DNA from: Sedimentisphaeraceae bacterium JB056
GTDB lineage: Bacteria > Planctomycetota > Phycisphaerae > Sedimentisphaerales > Sedimentisphaeraceae
Length of the DNA: 64,000 nt
Assembly (NCBI GenBank): GCA_044440125.1
Contig: JBITAJ010000028.1
Coordinates: 1-64,000, forward strand
Direction: 5' to 3'
A model generated the notes under the pieces. The model had not been told where the DNA came from, searched no databases, and worked only from the letters and a program-made list of their open reading frames with translations. A program made the translations under genes and the position numbers. Position 1 is the first letter of the stretch; each line of letters starts with the position of its first letter. Below are positions 1-10,597 of the stretch, piece after piece.

Positions 1-267
1 GCTCAAAATTAGTCAAAATGCTTCCTGTAATGGAAAAAACAAGTTTTTTAACCAGACGATCAATGAATACCATGCGAAATATCAATGCCTGTCAAAACAA
101 AGGCAAACTAAGACTCGAAAACCTTGCAAACGGAATAACTCTCATGCTATAATATCAAAAAAAGGGTTAAAGATTGATTTTTTGTTTATCCTGACGTGAA
201 AATATGTAAAATACCAAGTTTGGAAGTTAATTGGAGTTGTAGACAGTTTTGTACGAAAGATTAAACT

Positions 268-1245
268 ATGAGAACAAAAAAACTTGGAAACACAGAACTT
301 GAACTCACTGTAGTCGGACTGGGTACATGGGCAATTGGCGGCAGTTGGCAATACGGCTGGGGGCATCAGGAATTTGAAGATTCCGTTGCGGCTATAAAAG
401 AAGCCCGCGATGCTGATATCAACTGGATTGACACCGCTCCAATATACGGTTGCGGCAGAAGCGAAGAAGTTGTAGGTACTGTGCTTAAAAGAATGAACTG
501 GAAGCCGCTGATCGCAACCAAATGCGGTTTATTATGGAATGAAAAACGCGAAAAAGTCAACTGCCTCAAAACAGAGAGTATAATAAAGGAATGTGAAGAC
601 AGCCTTAAAAGACTGAAAGTAGAAGTAATAGACCTCTATCAGATGCACTGGCCGGAACCTGATGAGCTTATTGAAGAAGCATGGGACGCAATGGCAAAAC
701 TCGTACAGCAGGGCAAAGTCCGTTATCTGGGAGTATCCAACTTCAGTATCTCGCAGATGAAGCGAGCAGCAGAGATACATCCAATAGCATCTTTGCAGCC
801 TCCATACAGCATGATAAGACGTGATATTGAAAATGAAATAACAGATTTCTGCCTTGAAAACAATATCGGGATAGTAGCTTACAGCCCAATGCAGCAAGGC
901 TTACTTACAGGGAAATACAACAAGAGTAAGGTAAAAGAACTTCCCGCCGATGACAACCGGGTTACAAGGCCCGACTTTAATGAACCGGTGTTAAGCATAA
1001 ATCTTGAGATGATTGAAGAGCTTAAAAGAATGGCCTCCAACGATGGAAAAACGGTTGCGCAACTGGCGATAAGCTGGGCAGTGCATAATCCGGCGGTAAC
1101 AGCCGCTATCGTCGGAGCAAGAAGAAGCGGCCAAATAGGTGAAACGGCTGCCGCCGGTGATTACATCTTAACTGATGAACAAATGAGCAGGATAAGAGAA
1201 CTCCTTGAGTGGAGAGATGAAAAAATTGCAGAGAAAATGAGATAA
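268..1245 (+). CDS. Aldo/keto reductase
   Basis: GLGTW, IDTAPIYG, IATKCG, IDLYQMHWP, GVSNF, LQPPYS, YSPM motifs of the AKR family. Confidence 0.95.
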   Translation: MRTKKLGNTELELTVVGLGTWAIGGSWQYGWGHQEFEDSVAAIKEARDADINWIDTAPIYGCGRSEEVVGTVLKRMNWKPLIATKCGLLWNEKREKVNCLKTESIIKECEDSLKRLKVEVIDLYQMHWPEPDELIEEAWDAMAKLVQQGKVRYLGVSNFSISQMKRAAEIHPIASLQPPYSMIRRDIENEITDFCLENNIGIVAYSPMQQGLLTGKYNKSKVKELPADDNRVTRPDFNEPVLSINLEMIEELKRMASNDGKTVAQLAISWAVHNPAVTAAIVGARRSGQIGETAAAGDYILTDEQMSRIRELLEWRDEKIAEKMR

Positions 1246-1294
1246 GGTCACAGAGCAGACCTTAAATGATAAAGAAAATACATAAGGTAAAAGA

Positions 1295-2728
1295 ATGTCA
1301 GAAAAAAACAGTGTTTACGTTAGCCCTTTAGTTGAACGAAATGCATCCGTAGAGATGTCAACTCTATTTGGCGCACAGAAAAAATTCAGTACATGGCGAA
1401 AGCTATGGGTAGAACTGGCCAAGGCCGAGAAGAAACTCGGCATCAAGATAAGTGCTGCGCAGATTCAGGAGATGGAAAAGAATATCGAAAACATCGACTT
1501 TGCCAAGGCAGCCGAGTTTGAAAAGAAATTCCGTCATGATGTAATGGCTCATGTTCACACTTTCGGCGAGGTTGCTCCTAAGGCTGCACCTATAATCCAC
1601 CTTGGTGCAACAAGCTGTTTTGTCGGCGATAATGCTGATCTGATTATTCTTCGTGAAGCAATGGAGATGGTTGCGGCAAAGCTTGCCGGCGTAATCAATC
1701 TGCTTGGCAAGTTCGCCAAGAAACACAAGAAGACTCCGACTCTTGGCTTCACACACTATCAGCCTGCGCAGCTTACAACAGTAGGCAAGCGTGCAACTTT
1801 GTGGTGTTATGAATTCGCAATGGATCTTGCAGAACTGGAACACCGTATTGAAGAGCTTCCGTTTAGAGGCGTAAAGGGAACAACCGGTACACAGGCTTCT
1901 TTCCTGTCATTATTTGATAACGACCACAACAAGGTTAAGAAGCTTAACGAAATGGTTACAAAAGCATTCAAGTTCAAGAACTGCTGCGTTGTAACCGGCC
2001 AGACCTATCAGCGTAAGATAGACACCATGGCAATCAACACCCTCGGTTTGGTAGCTCAGTCAGCACATAAGCTTTGCAACGACATAAGACTTCTTGCAAA
2101 CCTCAAAGAAATGGAAGAACCTTTCGGCAAAAACCAGATTGGTTCATCAGCGATGGCTTACAAACGTAATCCAATGAGAAGCGAAAGAGTAACCGCTCTC
2201 AGCAGATTTGTACTGAGCCTTACAAGCAGTCCTCAGATGACAGCATCAGAGCAGTGGTTCGAACGTACTCTTGACGACTCTGCTAACAGACGACTTGTAC
2301 TCCCTGAAGCATTTCTTGCAATAGATGGTATCCTTGAGATATTGACTAACGTGGTAGACGGTCTGGTTGTATATCCAAAGGTAATTGAGGCAAGAATCAA
2401 CTCAGAGCTTCCTTTCATGGCAACCGAAGAAATCCTAATGGCAGGCGTTAAAGCCGGCGGCAGCAGGCAGGATCTCCATGAGAAGATACGTGTATACTCT
2501 CATGAGGCCGCAGAACAAGTTAAAATGTACGGCAAACCGAACGATCTCATTCAAAGAATGAAAGACGATGAGGATTTTGCCAATATAGATCTCGATAAGG
2601 TTCTCGATGCCAAGCAGTATATAGGCAGAAGCGTTGAGCAGGTTGATGAATTTGTAGAGGAAGTAGTTACTCCGATACGAAGAAGATACAGAAAATCAAT
2701 TAACAGAAAAGTTGAACTGAAAGTATAA
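1295..2728 (+). CDS. purB: Adenylosuccinate lyase
   Basis: [30 protein letters not shown] and fumarate-lyase signature [11 protein letters not shown]. Confidence 0.97.
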   Translation: MSEKNSVYVSPLVERNASVEMSTLFGAQKKFSTWRKLWVELAKAEKKLGIKISAAQIQEMEKNIENIDFAKAAEFEKKFRHDVMAHVHTFGEVAPKAAPIIHLGATSCFVGDNADLIILREAMEMVAAKLAGVINLLGKFAKKHKKTPTLGFTHYQPAQLTTVGKRATLWCYEFAMDLAELEHRIEELPFRGVKGTTGTQASFLSLFDNDHNKVKKLNEMVTKAFKFKNCCVVTGQTYQRKIDTMAINTLGLVAQSAHKLCNDIRLLANLKEMEEPFGKNQIGSSAMAYKRNPMRSERVTALSRFVLSLTSSPQMTASEQWFERTLDDSANRRLVLPEAFLAIDGILEILTNVVDGLVVYPKVIEARINSELPFMATEEILMAGVKAGGSRQDLHEKIRVYSHEAAEQVKMYGKPNDLIQRMKDDEDFANIDLDKVLDAKQYIGRSVEQVDEFVEEVVTPIRRRYRKSINRKVELKV

Positions 2729-2838
2729 TCAGCAGCAAATAGCGAGAAATGAATAGATAGTAAAAAAGCAAACATTCGGCAGAAAGCCTCTGCCTTCTAC
2801 TAGCTACTCACTAAAAACCTTAAAAAAGGACAAACAAA

Positions 2839-3366
2839 ATGACAAAAGAACAAATTGCAGCAAGAATAAAGGAAGAAGCTTACCTCGAAGGCGATTTCGT
2901 ACTCAGAAGCGGTAAGAGAAGTAAATACTATATGGACAAATATCTCTTCGAAGCTTGCCCTGACATCCTCAAAGCACTTGGCGAAGAATTCGCAAAGCAT
3001 GTCGGCGATGATGTAACGCTGATCGCAGGTCCTGAACTTGGCGGTGTTGCTCTTGCAGCCTCTGCAGCAATGGCAAGCGGCACAAAATGGGTAATCGTTC
3101 GTAACAGCAAGAAGGATTACGGCACAAGCAAGCTTGTTGAAGGCGGAGAGTTCAGGCCTGACGATGTTGTACTTCTTGTTGAAGACATTGCGACAACAGG
3201 CGGCCAAGTTCTCGAAGCGGCAAAAGTAATAACCGAAGCCGGTGCAAAGGTCAAGAAGATCGTTGCAGTAATCGACAGAAAACAAGGTGCAAGAGAAAAC
3301 ATAACCGAAGCCGGCTACGATTTCGAAAGTATCATTACAAAAGAAGATCTTGGAATCGTTGACTGA
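2839..3366 (+). CDS. pyrE: Orotate phosphoribosyltransferase
   Basis: GDFVLRSGKRSKYYMD, KDYGT loop, PRPP-binding LVEDIATTGG. Confidence 0.95.
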   Translation: MTKEQIAARIKEEAYLEGDFVLRSGKRSKYYMDKYLFEACPDILKALGEEFAKHVGDDVTLIAGPELGGVALAASAAMASGTKWVIVRNSKKDYGTSKLVEGGEFRPDDVVLLVEDIATTGGQVLEAAKVITEAGAKVKKIVAVIDRKQGARENITEAGYDFESIITKEDLGIVD

Positions 3367-3416
3367 TTCTGCCAAAACATTACTGCGGCGGTGTAAGCCG
3401 TCGCAGAAAGTCAAAC

Positions 3417-3716
3417 ATGAACGAAATATTCCTTAGAGAAATACTCGAAACACTAATGCTTATATGCTTCGGATTTGCATGGCCGATTTCAATAGCCAAA
3501 TCGATACGTTCAAAGACATCCAAAGGTAAAAGCATACTTTTCCTATTCATAATTCTTACGGGTTATTTATGTGGAATAATGAAGAAAATCGTCTGTCAGG
3601 AGATAGGCATTGCCATAATTTTCTATAGTGTAAATTTAATTATGGTGTGCCTCGATATCTTTTTGTGGATACGAAATTATTGGGTTTACGATAGAGAATC
3701 TGAATTGAGCAATTAG
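3417..3716 (+). CDS. Small 3-TM membrane protein, PQ-loop/SemiSWEET-like
   Basis: 99 aa, three hydrophobic helices, CFGFAWP-x-SI-x-KS-x-RSKTSKGKS pattern resembling a single PQ-loop repeat. Confidence 0.6.
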   Translation: MNEIFLREILETLMLICFGFAWPISIAKSIRSKTSKGKSILFLFIILTGYLCGIMKKIVCQEIGIAIIFYSVNLIMVCLDIFLWIRNYWVYDRESELSN

Positions 3717-3722
3717 ATCGGA

Positions 3723-6020
3723 ATGATTATGAGACACAGTAAGCTGTTATGTGATATAGGTGAACTTAACCATCTTTTCAGAGATAGTGTAAGCATTGAA
3801 AATTTCCTGCAGAGAATCGTTGACATGGTCGGCGATCACATGAAAGCAGATGTCTGCTCTATTTATCTTTATGATGAAACAGAGAAACTTCTCACCCTCA
3901 AAGCAACAAGAGGTCTCAATCAAAGCTCTGTAAACCATGTAACCCTGCGTCTTGGAGAAGGCATAACAGGTCAGTCTCTTGAAGAGCTCAACCCAATATC
4001 TCTCTCGGAAGCAAGCAAACATCCCAATTACAAAGGATTCACTAATCTTGAAGAAGAACCGTTCGAATGTTTTCTTGCCGTGCCTATACTGCGAGGTATA
4101 GAACGAATAGGAGCACTGGTACTTCAAAGAAAAAAAGACTATAGCTTTAATGAAGGTGAAATACTTACATGCAGAGCCGTGGCATCACAGCTTGCGAATA
4201 TGATAGAGAATGCACGTTTCCTTATAGCCTTCCATGATACAGGTGATTCGGTCTCGCCTAAAAGTGGTTCAGCAGGTAAAAACCAAGGTTCTGAACTGAC
4301 ATTTATAAAGGGGCAGTCTGCATCAAAAGGTTATGCACTTGCGCCATGCCGTACATATAACAATAGAAAAAACTTCAACTATTTGCTCAATAAAGAATAT
4401 GATGAAGATTATTCGATTGATGACTTACAGAATGCTATCAAGACGACATCTCATCAGCTTGAACAAATGCAAACCGCCGTTGACCAGAAGCTTGACGATG
4501 CGGCATCTTTGATATTCAGTTCTCATTTGCTAATACTCAAAGACAGGGTTTTCTTCAAGAAAATAAAAGAGAAAGTTGAAGCAGGCCAAAAGACTCCTGA
4601 ATCACTACTGGAAGTAGCCAAAAGTTATATTGACACATTCAGTGCAGCTCAGAATGTTTTCATTCGTGAAAAAGCTAACGACATGGAAGACATCGTTGTA
4701 AGGATAATAGGCAACCTAACAGGTGAAACTGATGACCTCGTAGGAAGTCATAAGAATATTGTCATAGCGAAAGATCTATTCCCTTCCGACCTGCTTAAGC
4801 TTACAAGTGAAAACGTCAGCGGTGTAATACTTGTCAGCGGTGGTGCAACAAGTCATCTTTCAATACTTGCCCGCTCACTGCAAATGCCAATGGTAATCGC
4901 AAATGATTCCCAATTGCTTGAGATTAAAGACGGAACTAAAATCCTTCTTGATGCTGAAAGTGGATATATACACATAAACCCTACCGACGACATACTCAAG
5001 GAAGTCGAAAATCGTGAAGAGCAAAATAAAAAGCTCAAAACGATACGACACCAAACCCACGAGAAAACAATTACACAAGATGGCACAAGGGTTAATCTGT
5101 ATGCAAACATCAACCTTTTGAGCGATCTGAAACTTGCAAAAGAAACAAAAGCCGAGGGTATAGGGCTATACAGAACAGAATTCCCATTTATTGTTCGCAA
5201 TGACTTCCCTACAGAAGAAGAGCAATACGTAATATACAAAAAGTTGATGGATAATATGAAAGGCAAATCTGTAATCTTCCGAACACTTGATGTCGGCGGA
5301 GACAAGATGCTCTCATACTATCACAATGTAACTGAACAAAACCCTGCTATAGGCCTTAGAAGTATAAGATTCTCATTACAGAAACGAGATGTGTTCAACC
5401 AACAGATACGTGCTATGCTCAGAGCAGGCTACGGCGGAGACCTTGGGATTATGTTCCCTATGATATCTTCGCTTGACGAGTTTGATGAGGCAAGAGAAGT
5501 TGTTGAAGAATGCAAAGAAGGCCTCGAAAAAGATGGCTATGAGTTCAACGCCAATCCTAATATCGGGATAATGATTGAGTTACCTTCTGTAGTAGAGATA
5601 ATCGAGGATTTTGCCGCAGAAGCCGATTTCTTCAGCATAGGAACAAATGACTTTGTACAGTTCATGCTCGGGGTTGACAGGACTAACGAAAATGTTGCAG
5701 ACTTCTACCTCCCTCACCACCCATCGGTATTAAGAGCCTTGAATAAAGTTGTCTGGACTGCAAACAATCACGATAAACCAATTGGAATCTGCGGATCAAT
5801 GGCCGGTGACATCAGGTTCCTGCCATTCCTTCTGGGCATCGGTATGCGAAGACTAAGTCTCGACCCATCTTACCTGCCGGCTGTACAGAACCACATAGAA
5901 AAAATTGATGTAGGCGATGCTGAAAACTTTACCGAACATTTGCTGTCACTAAGCCGTGCCTCGCATGTCAAAGAAATGTTAGACAATTATTCTCTGGAGC
6001 TATCTAAGAAACAGTCTTAA
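3723..6020 (+). CDS. ptsP: Phosphoenolpyruvate-protein phosphotransferase with N-terminal GAF domain (EI-Ntr-like)
   Basis: N-terminal GAF (DVCSIYL...LKATRGL), phospho-His motif GGATSH, GLYRTEF, RTLDVGGDK, FFSIGTND, GICG. Confidence 0.93.
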   Translation: MIMRHSKLLCDIGELNHLFRDSVSIENFLQRIVDMVGDHMKADVCSIYLYDETEKLLTLKATRGLNQSSVNHVTLRLGEGITGQSLEELNPISLSEASKHPNYKGFTNLEEEPFECFLAVPILRGIERIGALVLQRKKDYSFNEGEILTCRAVASQLANMIENARFLIAFHDTGDSVSPKSGSAGKNQGSELTFIKGQSASKGYALAPCRTYNNRKNFNYLLNKEYDEDYSIDDLQNAIKTTSHQLEQMQTAVDQKLDDAASLIFSSHLLILKDRVFFKKIKEKVEAGQKTPESLLEVAKSYIDTFSAAQNVFIREKANDMEDIVVRIIGNLTGETDDLVGSHKNIVIAKDLFPSDLLKLTSENVSGVILVSGGATSHLSILARSLQMPMVIANDSQLLEIKDGTKILLDAESGYIHINPTDDILKEVENREEQNKKLKTIRHQTHEKTITQDGTRVNLYANINLLSDLKLAKETKAEGIGLYRTEFPFIVRNDFPTEEEQYVIYKKLMDNMKGKSVIFRTLDVGGDKMLSYYHNVTEQNPAIGLRSIRFSLQKRDVFNQQIRAMLRAGYGGDLGIMFPMISSLDEFDEAREVVEECKEGLEKDGYEFNANPNIGIMIELPSVVEIIEDFAAEADFFSIGTNDFVQFMLGVDRTNENVADFYLPHHPSVLRALNKVVWTANNHDKPIGICGSMAGDIRFLPFLLGIGMRRLSLDPSYLPAVQNHIEKIDVGDAENFTEHLLSLSRASHVKEMLDNYSLELSKKQS

Positions 6021-6021
6021 A

Positions 6022-6897
6022 ATGGGTATATATAATATACTTAAAGAAAAAAGACGATTAGAACTCGACCTGAAAAAGATAGGTTTGCCTGAAATACCTC
6101 TTATCGGTGTTAATATACTAACCTCAGCTACAGGAAAGCTTCCTTTGCATGTCCATAAAGGCACGCTTGAAATAGTATACATGGTTCGCGGCAAGCAGGT
6201 TTTCTCTACCGGCACAAAACAATATACTCTCAAAAGCAACGATGTCTTCATAACAGAACCTGACATACTGCACGGAAGCGGTGGTCATTTAATGGACAGG
6301 GCTTTTTTCTACTGGCTTCAAATCACACTGTCATCAGAAAAGAAGTCGATCCTATGCCTTAACAACGAAAGCTCAATGATGCTTTCTAATAAATTAAGAA
6401 ATATAAAGACCAATCGATTTGCAGGCAATAAGAATATTTCTTCCTGCTTTGAAGAGATATTTGAGCTTTACCATAAACGCGGAAAAACATCAAAATTAGC
6501 TATCAGCAGTCAGCTTGTACAATTACTTTTGAATGTAATAGACTGCGCATCAAACCCAAAAAACTCCTTCATAACTGAAGACATTTCAGCCTCACTCGAA
6601 TTACTGGATGATAACCCGCATACATTCCTCACTGTTGAACAAATGGCGCATGCCGCCAATCTGTCTTGTTCAAGATTCAAATGCAAGTTTAAACAGCAGA
6701 CCGGTCTGCCTCCAGCAGAATATCAATTGCGTAAAAAGATAGAGATGGCTAAAGAAATGCTTAAAAGCAGCGACTTGTCGATAACTGAAATCGCATATAA
6801 ACTTGGCTTTTCATCTTCTCAATACTTTGCTACCGTATTCAAAAGATTCACGCAGAGAACCCCGGGCAATGTTTCAGGTAAAAGAGAAAAGAAATAA
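6022..6897 (+). CDS. AraC family transcriptional regulator
   Basis: Cupin N-terminus (LHVH...EI) and C-terminal AraC HTH (SITEIAYKLGFSSSQYFATVFKR). Confidence 0.93.
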   Translation: MGIYNILKEKRRLELDLKKIGLPEIPLIGVNILTSATGKLPLHVHKGTLEIVYMVRGKQVFSTGTKQYTLKSNDVFITEPDILHGSGGHLMDRAFFYWLQITLSSEKKSILCLNNESSMMLSNKLRNIKTNRFAGNKNISSCFEEIFELYHKRGKTSKLAISSQLVQLLLNVIDCASNPKNSFITEDISASLELLDDNPHTFLTVEQMAHAANLSCSRFKCKFKQQTGLPPAEYQLRKKIEMAKEMLKSSDLSITEIAYKLGFSSSQYFATVFKRFTQRTPGNVSGKREKK

Positions 6898-6911
6898 TAT
6901 CAGCATTCAAT

Positions 6912-7964
6912 TCAAGCGAGAAGTTTCTCACATTTGGCAGGACTTATTCCGATATTTTTCAGGAAGCGTCTGCGAACCTTATCCTCGATATCAGTCTTTT
7001 TTCTTTTCTTATCACCTTTTAGCATAGATATCTGCCCCCCTGCCATTGTATCGTGACCGCCGCCGGTTCCAAATCTTGAAACAACCCTCTTCATAATATC
7101 GCCAGCCTTTTTACCGTTCTCTGATGTCCTTATCGAAAGAAGCATTTGCCCATCAAGAAAGCCATAGCACAAAGTCCATACAGCCTTGTCATCGCGTAAG
7201 AGCAAATCGGCGACCTCGGCTATCATATCAGCATTCGTGATATCGCCAAGATTTGTAATTATACATCTATCACACGCTACGGCATTTGTTAATGCCTTCG
7301 CAAGCATCTTGAAATATACTCTCTCAACTCGTCCCCTCTGTATATCACTGAGCATCTTAAGGTTTGCTATCGGATAAAGAGCCTGAATGGCAGTTATATC
7401 CATCTTGCAAGCTTCTCTGCCAAGGTCCTGAGTGTCGGATCTTATCGCATAAACAAGTGCCGTAGCAAGCTGCGTATCTATTTCTATCTTCGCCTCTCTT
7501 AAATATTCAAACAATATTGTTGAACATGATCCGTAATGGCTTCTGACATCAATAAACCTACAGCTTCTTGTTGTATGCCGGCATGGATGGTGATCAATCA
7601 CTATATCAGGCTTAAGTTCACATGGAAGTGAATTATTGCCCGTCTGAGGCTGAGTATCAACCAACGAAATATGGTCAAATCTTGCAGGGTCAACTTCAGA
7701 TATCTGTCTGAGATTCAACCCAAGATAACGCACCATCGCTCTATTCTCAGCTCGTCCTACAGAACCGCCGTGTACAATCGAACAGCTTAAACCGATCTTA
7801 TTGGCAAAACACCGTAAAGCCATAGCTGCACCAATCGAATCAGGGTCAGGATTATTCTGCATGACAATAAGCAAACTACCGCTGCCAGTAAAGATTTCTT
7901 TTAACGCTTTCACTCGCTTCTTGGTCTTCGCTTCATTTGCTGAAAGTTTGCTCATATCCAACAC
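6912..7964 (-). CDS. DHH family phosphoesterase (NrnA/DHHA1-type)
   Basis: NPDPD, LVD, IDHH, SDT and GGGH motifs. Confidence 0.9.
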   Translation of the reverse strand: MLDMSKLSANEAKTKKRVKALKEIFTGSGSLLIVMQNNPDPDSIGAAMALRCFANKIGLSCSIVHGGSVGRAENRAMVRYLGLNLRQISEVDPARFDHISLVDTQPQTGNNSLPCELKPDIVIDHHPCRHTTRSCRFIDVRSHYGSCSTILFEYLREAKIEIDTQLATALVYAIRSDTQDLGREACKMDITAIQALYPIANLKMLSDIQRGRVERVYFKMLAKALTNAVACDRCIITNLGDITNADMIAEVADLLLRDDKAVWTLCYGFLDGQMLLSIRTSENGKKAGDIMKRVVSRFGTGGGHDTMAGGQISMLKGDKKRKKTDIEDKVRRRFLKNIGISPAKCEKLLA

Positions 7965-7976
7965 TCACCGTATATA

Positions 7977-9065
7977 TTAAAACCATTTTTTCTTTTTAAA
8001 ATAAGCAAGCATTATCAACAGCAGAAGAACTATTACTGTCCAGAAACCCCACGGATAGCTCCACTTCCAATTCAGCTCAGGCATATTGGTAAAATTCATC
8101 CCATAAATACCCGCAACAAATGTAAGCGGGATAAAAATAGTGGCTATAACGGTAAGAACCTGCATAACCGAATTCATACGATTACTGACTACAGAAAGAT
8201 AGACATCAAGTATACCGGAGGTCATCTCACGCAACGTTTCGGTAGTATCAATAATCTGAACGATATGGTCATAAATATCACGTAGGAAGAAAAGCGTTGA
8301 CTCTTCAACAAGCTTTGATTCAGATTTCTGGAGATTACTGATGAGCTCTCGAAGCGGCCATACGGCTTTTCGCATTAAAAGCATCTGTTGCTTGGTGTCG
8401 TGTATCATATGCAGAACCTTCTGATCTGGATTTTCAGCAACCTGATGCTGCAAGCTCTCTATCTTCTCTCCCATTGCCTCAAGTACTACGAAATAATTAT
8501 CAATAACACTGTCAACAAGAGCATAAAGCAGATAATCACTGCCAAGTTTCCTTATTCTGCCTTTTGAATTAATAAGCCTTTCTCTAACCGGCTCAAAGAC
8601 ATCGCCTACTGCTTCCTGAAAAGTAAGCACGAATCCCTGCCCCAATACAAGGCTGACTTGCTCAATTGAAATCCTTTGACTCTCTTCATTGAATGTCAGC
8701 ATTTTTAGGACAACATAAATATAATCGTCAAAATCTTCCATCTTGGGGCGTTGACTCGTATGAACAATATCCTCCAAAACAAGCGGATGTATATTGTACT
8801 TTTCACCAATCTTCTCTATTAGTTCAATATCATGAAGCCCATCAACATTGATCCACTTCACATTTTCCTGCTCCTGAGCAAAAGCTTCTTCGATATTATC
8901 TATCTGTTTATTATCAATACTCGACTCATTGTAGTCAAATACCGTAATTCTGACATTTTCAAGCTTTCTCTCACCTGTATGCACAAGAGTACCTGGAGGC
9001 AGACCAACTTTCTGCCGCCGCTCACTGATTATCTTTTTCAGTACTTTTGCTCCTATATTTTTCAT
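7977..9065 (-). CDS. corA: Magnesium/cobalt transporter CorA
   Basis: GLPPGTL N-terminus, HPLVLEDI, QRPK, YGMNF signature, MPEL loop. Confidence 0.96.
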   Translation of the reverse strand: MKNIGAKVLKKIISERRQKVGLPPGTLVHTGERKLENVRITVFDYNESSIDNKQIDNIEEAFAQEQENVKWINVDGLHDIELIEKIGEKYNIHPLVLEDIVHTSQRPKMEDFDDYIYVVLKMLTFNEESQRISIEQVSLVLGQGFVLTFQEAVGDVFEPVRERLINSKGRIRKLGSDYLLYALVDSVIDNYFVVLEAMGEKIESLQHQVAENPDQKVLHMIHDTKQQMLLMRKAVWPLRELISNLQKSESKLVEESTLFFLRDIYDHIVQIIDTTETLREMTSGILDVYLSVVSNRMNSVMQVLTVIATIFIPLTFVAGIYGMNFTNMPELNWKWSYPWGFWTVIVLLLLIMLAYFKKKKWF

Positions 9066-9083
9066 AGATCAACCAACTGCCTA

Positions 9084-10151
9084 TCAGACAATAGTAATAT
9101 CCTTACATTTATATACGCTTTGTATTGCATTAAGCAGTTCAACGCCATCTTTCATAGGCTTCTGAAATGATTTTCTTCCGGATATGAGCCCCATCCCGCC
9201 GGCACGTTTGTTGATTACTGCAGTCTTAACCGCCTGAGCAAGGTCGTTCTCGCCTGAAGGACCACCTGAATTTATCAATCCTACTCGTCCCATAAAATTA
9301 TTAACTACTTGATAGCGAGTCAGATCAATTGGATGCGAAGAATTCATCGTGTCGTACATAAGATCTGAATACTTGCCGAATTTTTCCTGCTTGTTCATAG
9401 CAAGATATCCCCCGTCAGAGACAGGCTGCTTTTGCTTGATTATGTCGGCCTGAATAGTCGCTCCAAGATAATTAGCCTGTCCGGTAAAATCAGAACTGGA
9501 ATTATGGTCTACGCCGTCAACCTTGAAAGAACTGTTACGAACATAGCACCATAGTATAGTTACCATGCCAAGATCATGAGCCGCCTCAAAAGCCGCACTG
9601 ATCTCCTCTATCTGTCTTGGACTCTCCGGCGAGCCAAAATAAATCGTCGCACCGACGGCAATAGCACCCATATCAAATGCCTGCTTGACACTTGCATAAA
9701 TAATCTGATCAAAGGTATTGGGATAACTTAAAAGCTCATTATGGTTGATCTTTAGAATGAAAGGAATTTTGTGTGCATATTTTCTTGCCACACTGCTTAG
9801 AATTCCTGAAGTTGAAGCTACCGCATTGCAACCTCCCTCAATGGCAAGTTTCACAATATTATCAGGATCAAAATATATCGGATTTGGTGAGAATGCCGAA
9901 CCTCCGGAATGCTCAACCCCCTGGTCTACAGGCAAAATCGAAACATAACCGGTTCCACCAAGATTTCCCGTATTGAAAAGAGTCTGCATATTTCGTAAAA
10001 CGGCAACAGGCCTGTCAGTTAAAGAGAAAACATCATCAATCCAGTGGGGACCTGGAACATTCAAATGGTCTTTTGAAATTTTAGGGCTGTCAAAAGCCAA
10101 AAGAGATTCTGCATCAGACGCTAATAACTTAGTAATCTTATCAATATTCAT
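9084..10151 (-). CDS. fbaB: Class I fructose-bisphosphate aldolase (DhnA type)
   Basis: [41 protein letters not shown]; start placed at MNIDK after a GGAGG-like RBS (ORF track extends to 10196). Confidence 0.93.
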   Translation of the reverse strand: MNIDKITKLLASDAESLLAFDSPKISKDHLNVPGPHWIDDVFSLTDRPVAVLRNMQTLFNTGNLGGTGYVSILPVDQGVEHSGGSAFSPNPIYFDPDNIVKLAIEGGCNAVASTSGILSSVARKYAHKIPFILKINHNELLSYPNTFDQIIYASVKQAFDMGAIAVGATIYFGSPESPRQIEEISAAFEAAHDLGMVTILWCYVRNSSFKVDGVDHNSSSDFTGQANYLGATIQADIIKQKQPVSDGGYLAMNKQEKFGKYSDLMYDTMNSSHPIDLTRYQVVNNFMGRVGLINSGGPSGENDLAQAVKTAVINKRAGGMGLISGRKSFQKPMKDGVELLNAIQSVYKCKDITIV

Positions 10152-10245
10152 TTTTCCCTCCGAAAATACTATTAATGTAGATAAGCACAAAAACATCTCA
10201 CGTAAGATATAAATGCACAGTTAAAATCAAAACAAGCAAAATTGA

Positions 10246-10557
10246 CTATTTTTCTTTTATCAGTGCACCGACAGCATTCTCTATATACTTCTCAATTTGT
10301 GCTGCCAGTTGTCTGCAATTTTTTATTGTAAAATCTTCGCTGTTTATCAACTGCCGATACCCTTGATCCGGAGTACGATAAACATTAACACGAATAGTAG
10401 AATAGCTCTCTGCCAGAGAACAGTAGAATTTTTCAGTATGTTCAACAACTTCAACGTTCCACTTCTCGCTAACAAAGACAAGCTTTTCACCAGTATAAAC
10501 CGCCGTGGGAAAATACTCTATAAGCTGTTCAAGATAATTTTTCTTATCTGTCTCCAT
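10246..10557 (-). CDS. Hypothetical protein
   Basis: 103-aa ATG ORF co-oriented between pyrD and fbaB; no recognised motif. Confidence 0.6.
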   Translation of the reverse strand: METDKKNYLEQLIEYFPTAVYTGEKLVFVSEKWNVEVVEHTEKFYCSLAESYSTIRVNVYRTPDQGYRQLINSEDFTIKNCRQLAAQIEKYIENAVGALIKEK

Positions 10558-10597
10558 TATCTACCATTATGCCCGATAGCTATCAAATTGTCAATTA

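Noticed and set aside
1295..2728. Eukaryote-like adenylosuccinate lyase as a cross-domain transfer
   Set aside because: This PurB subtype is widespread in bacteria and the composition matches the host
3383..3406. Hairpin CTGCGGCGG...CCGTCGCAG after pyrE as a terminator
   Set aside because: No U-tract on the plus strand and the next gene starts 10 nt later; function unclear
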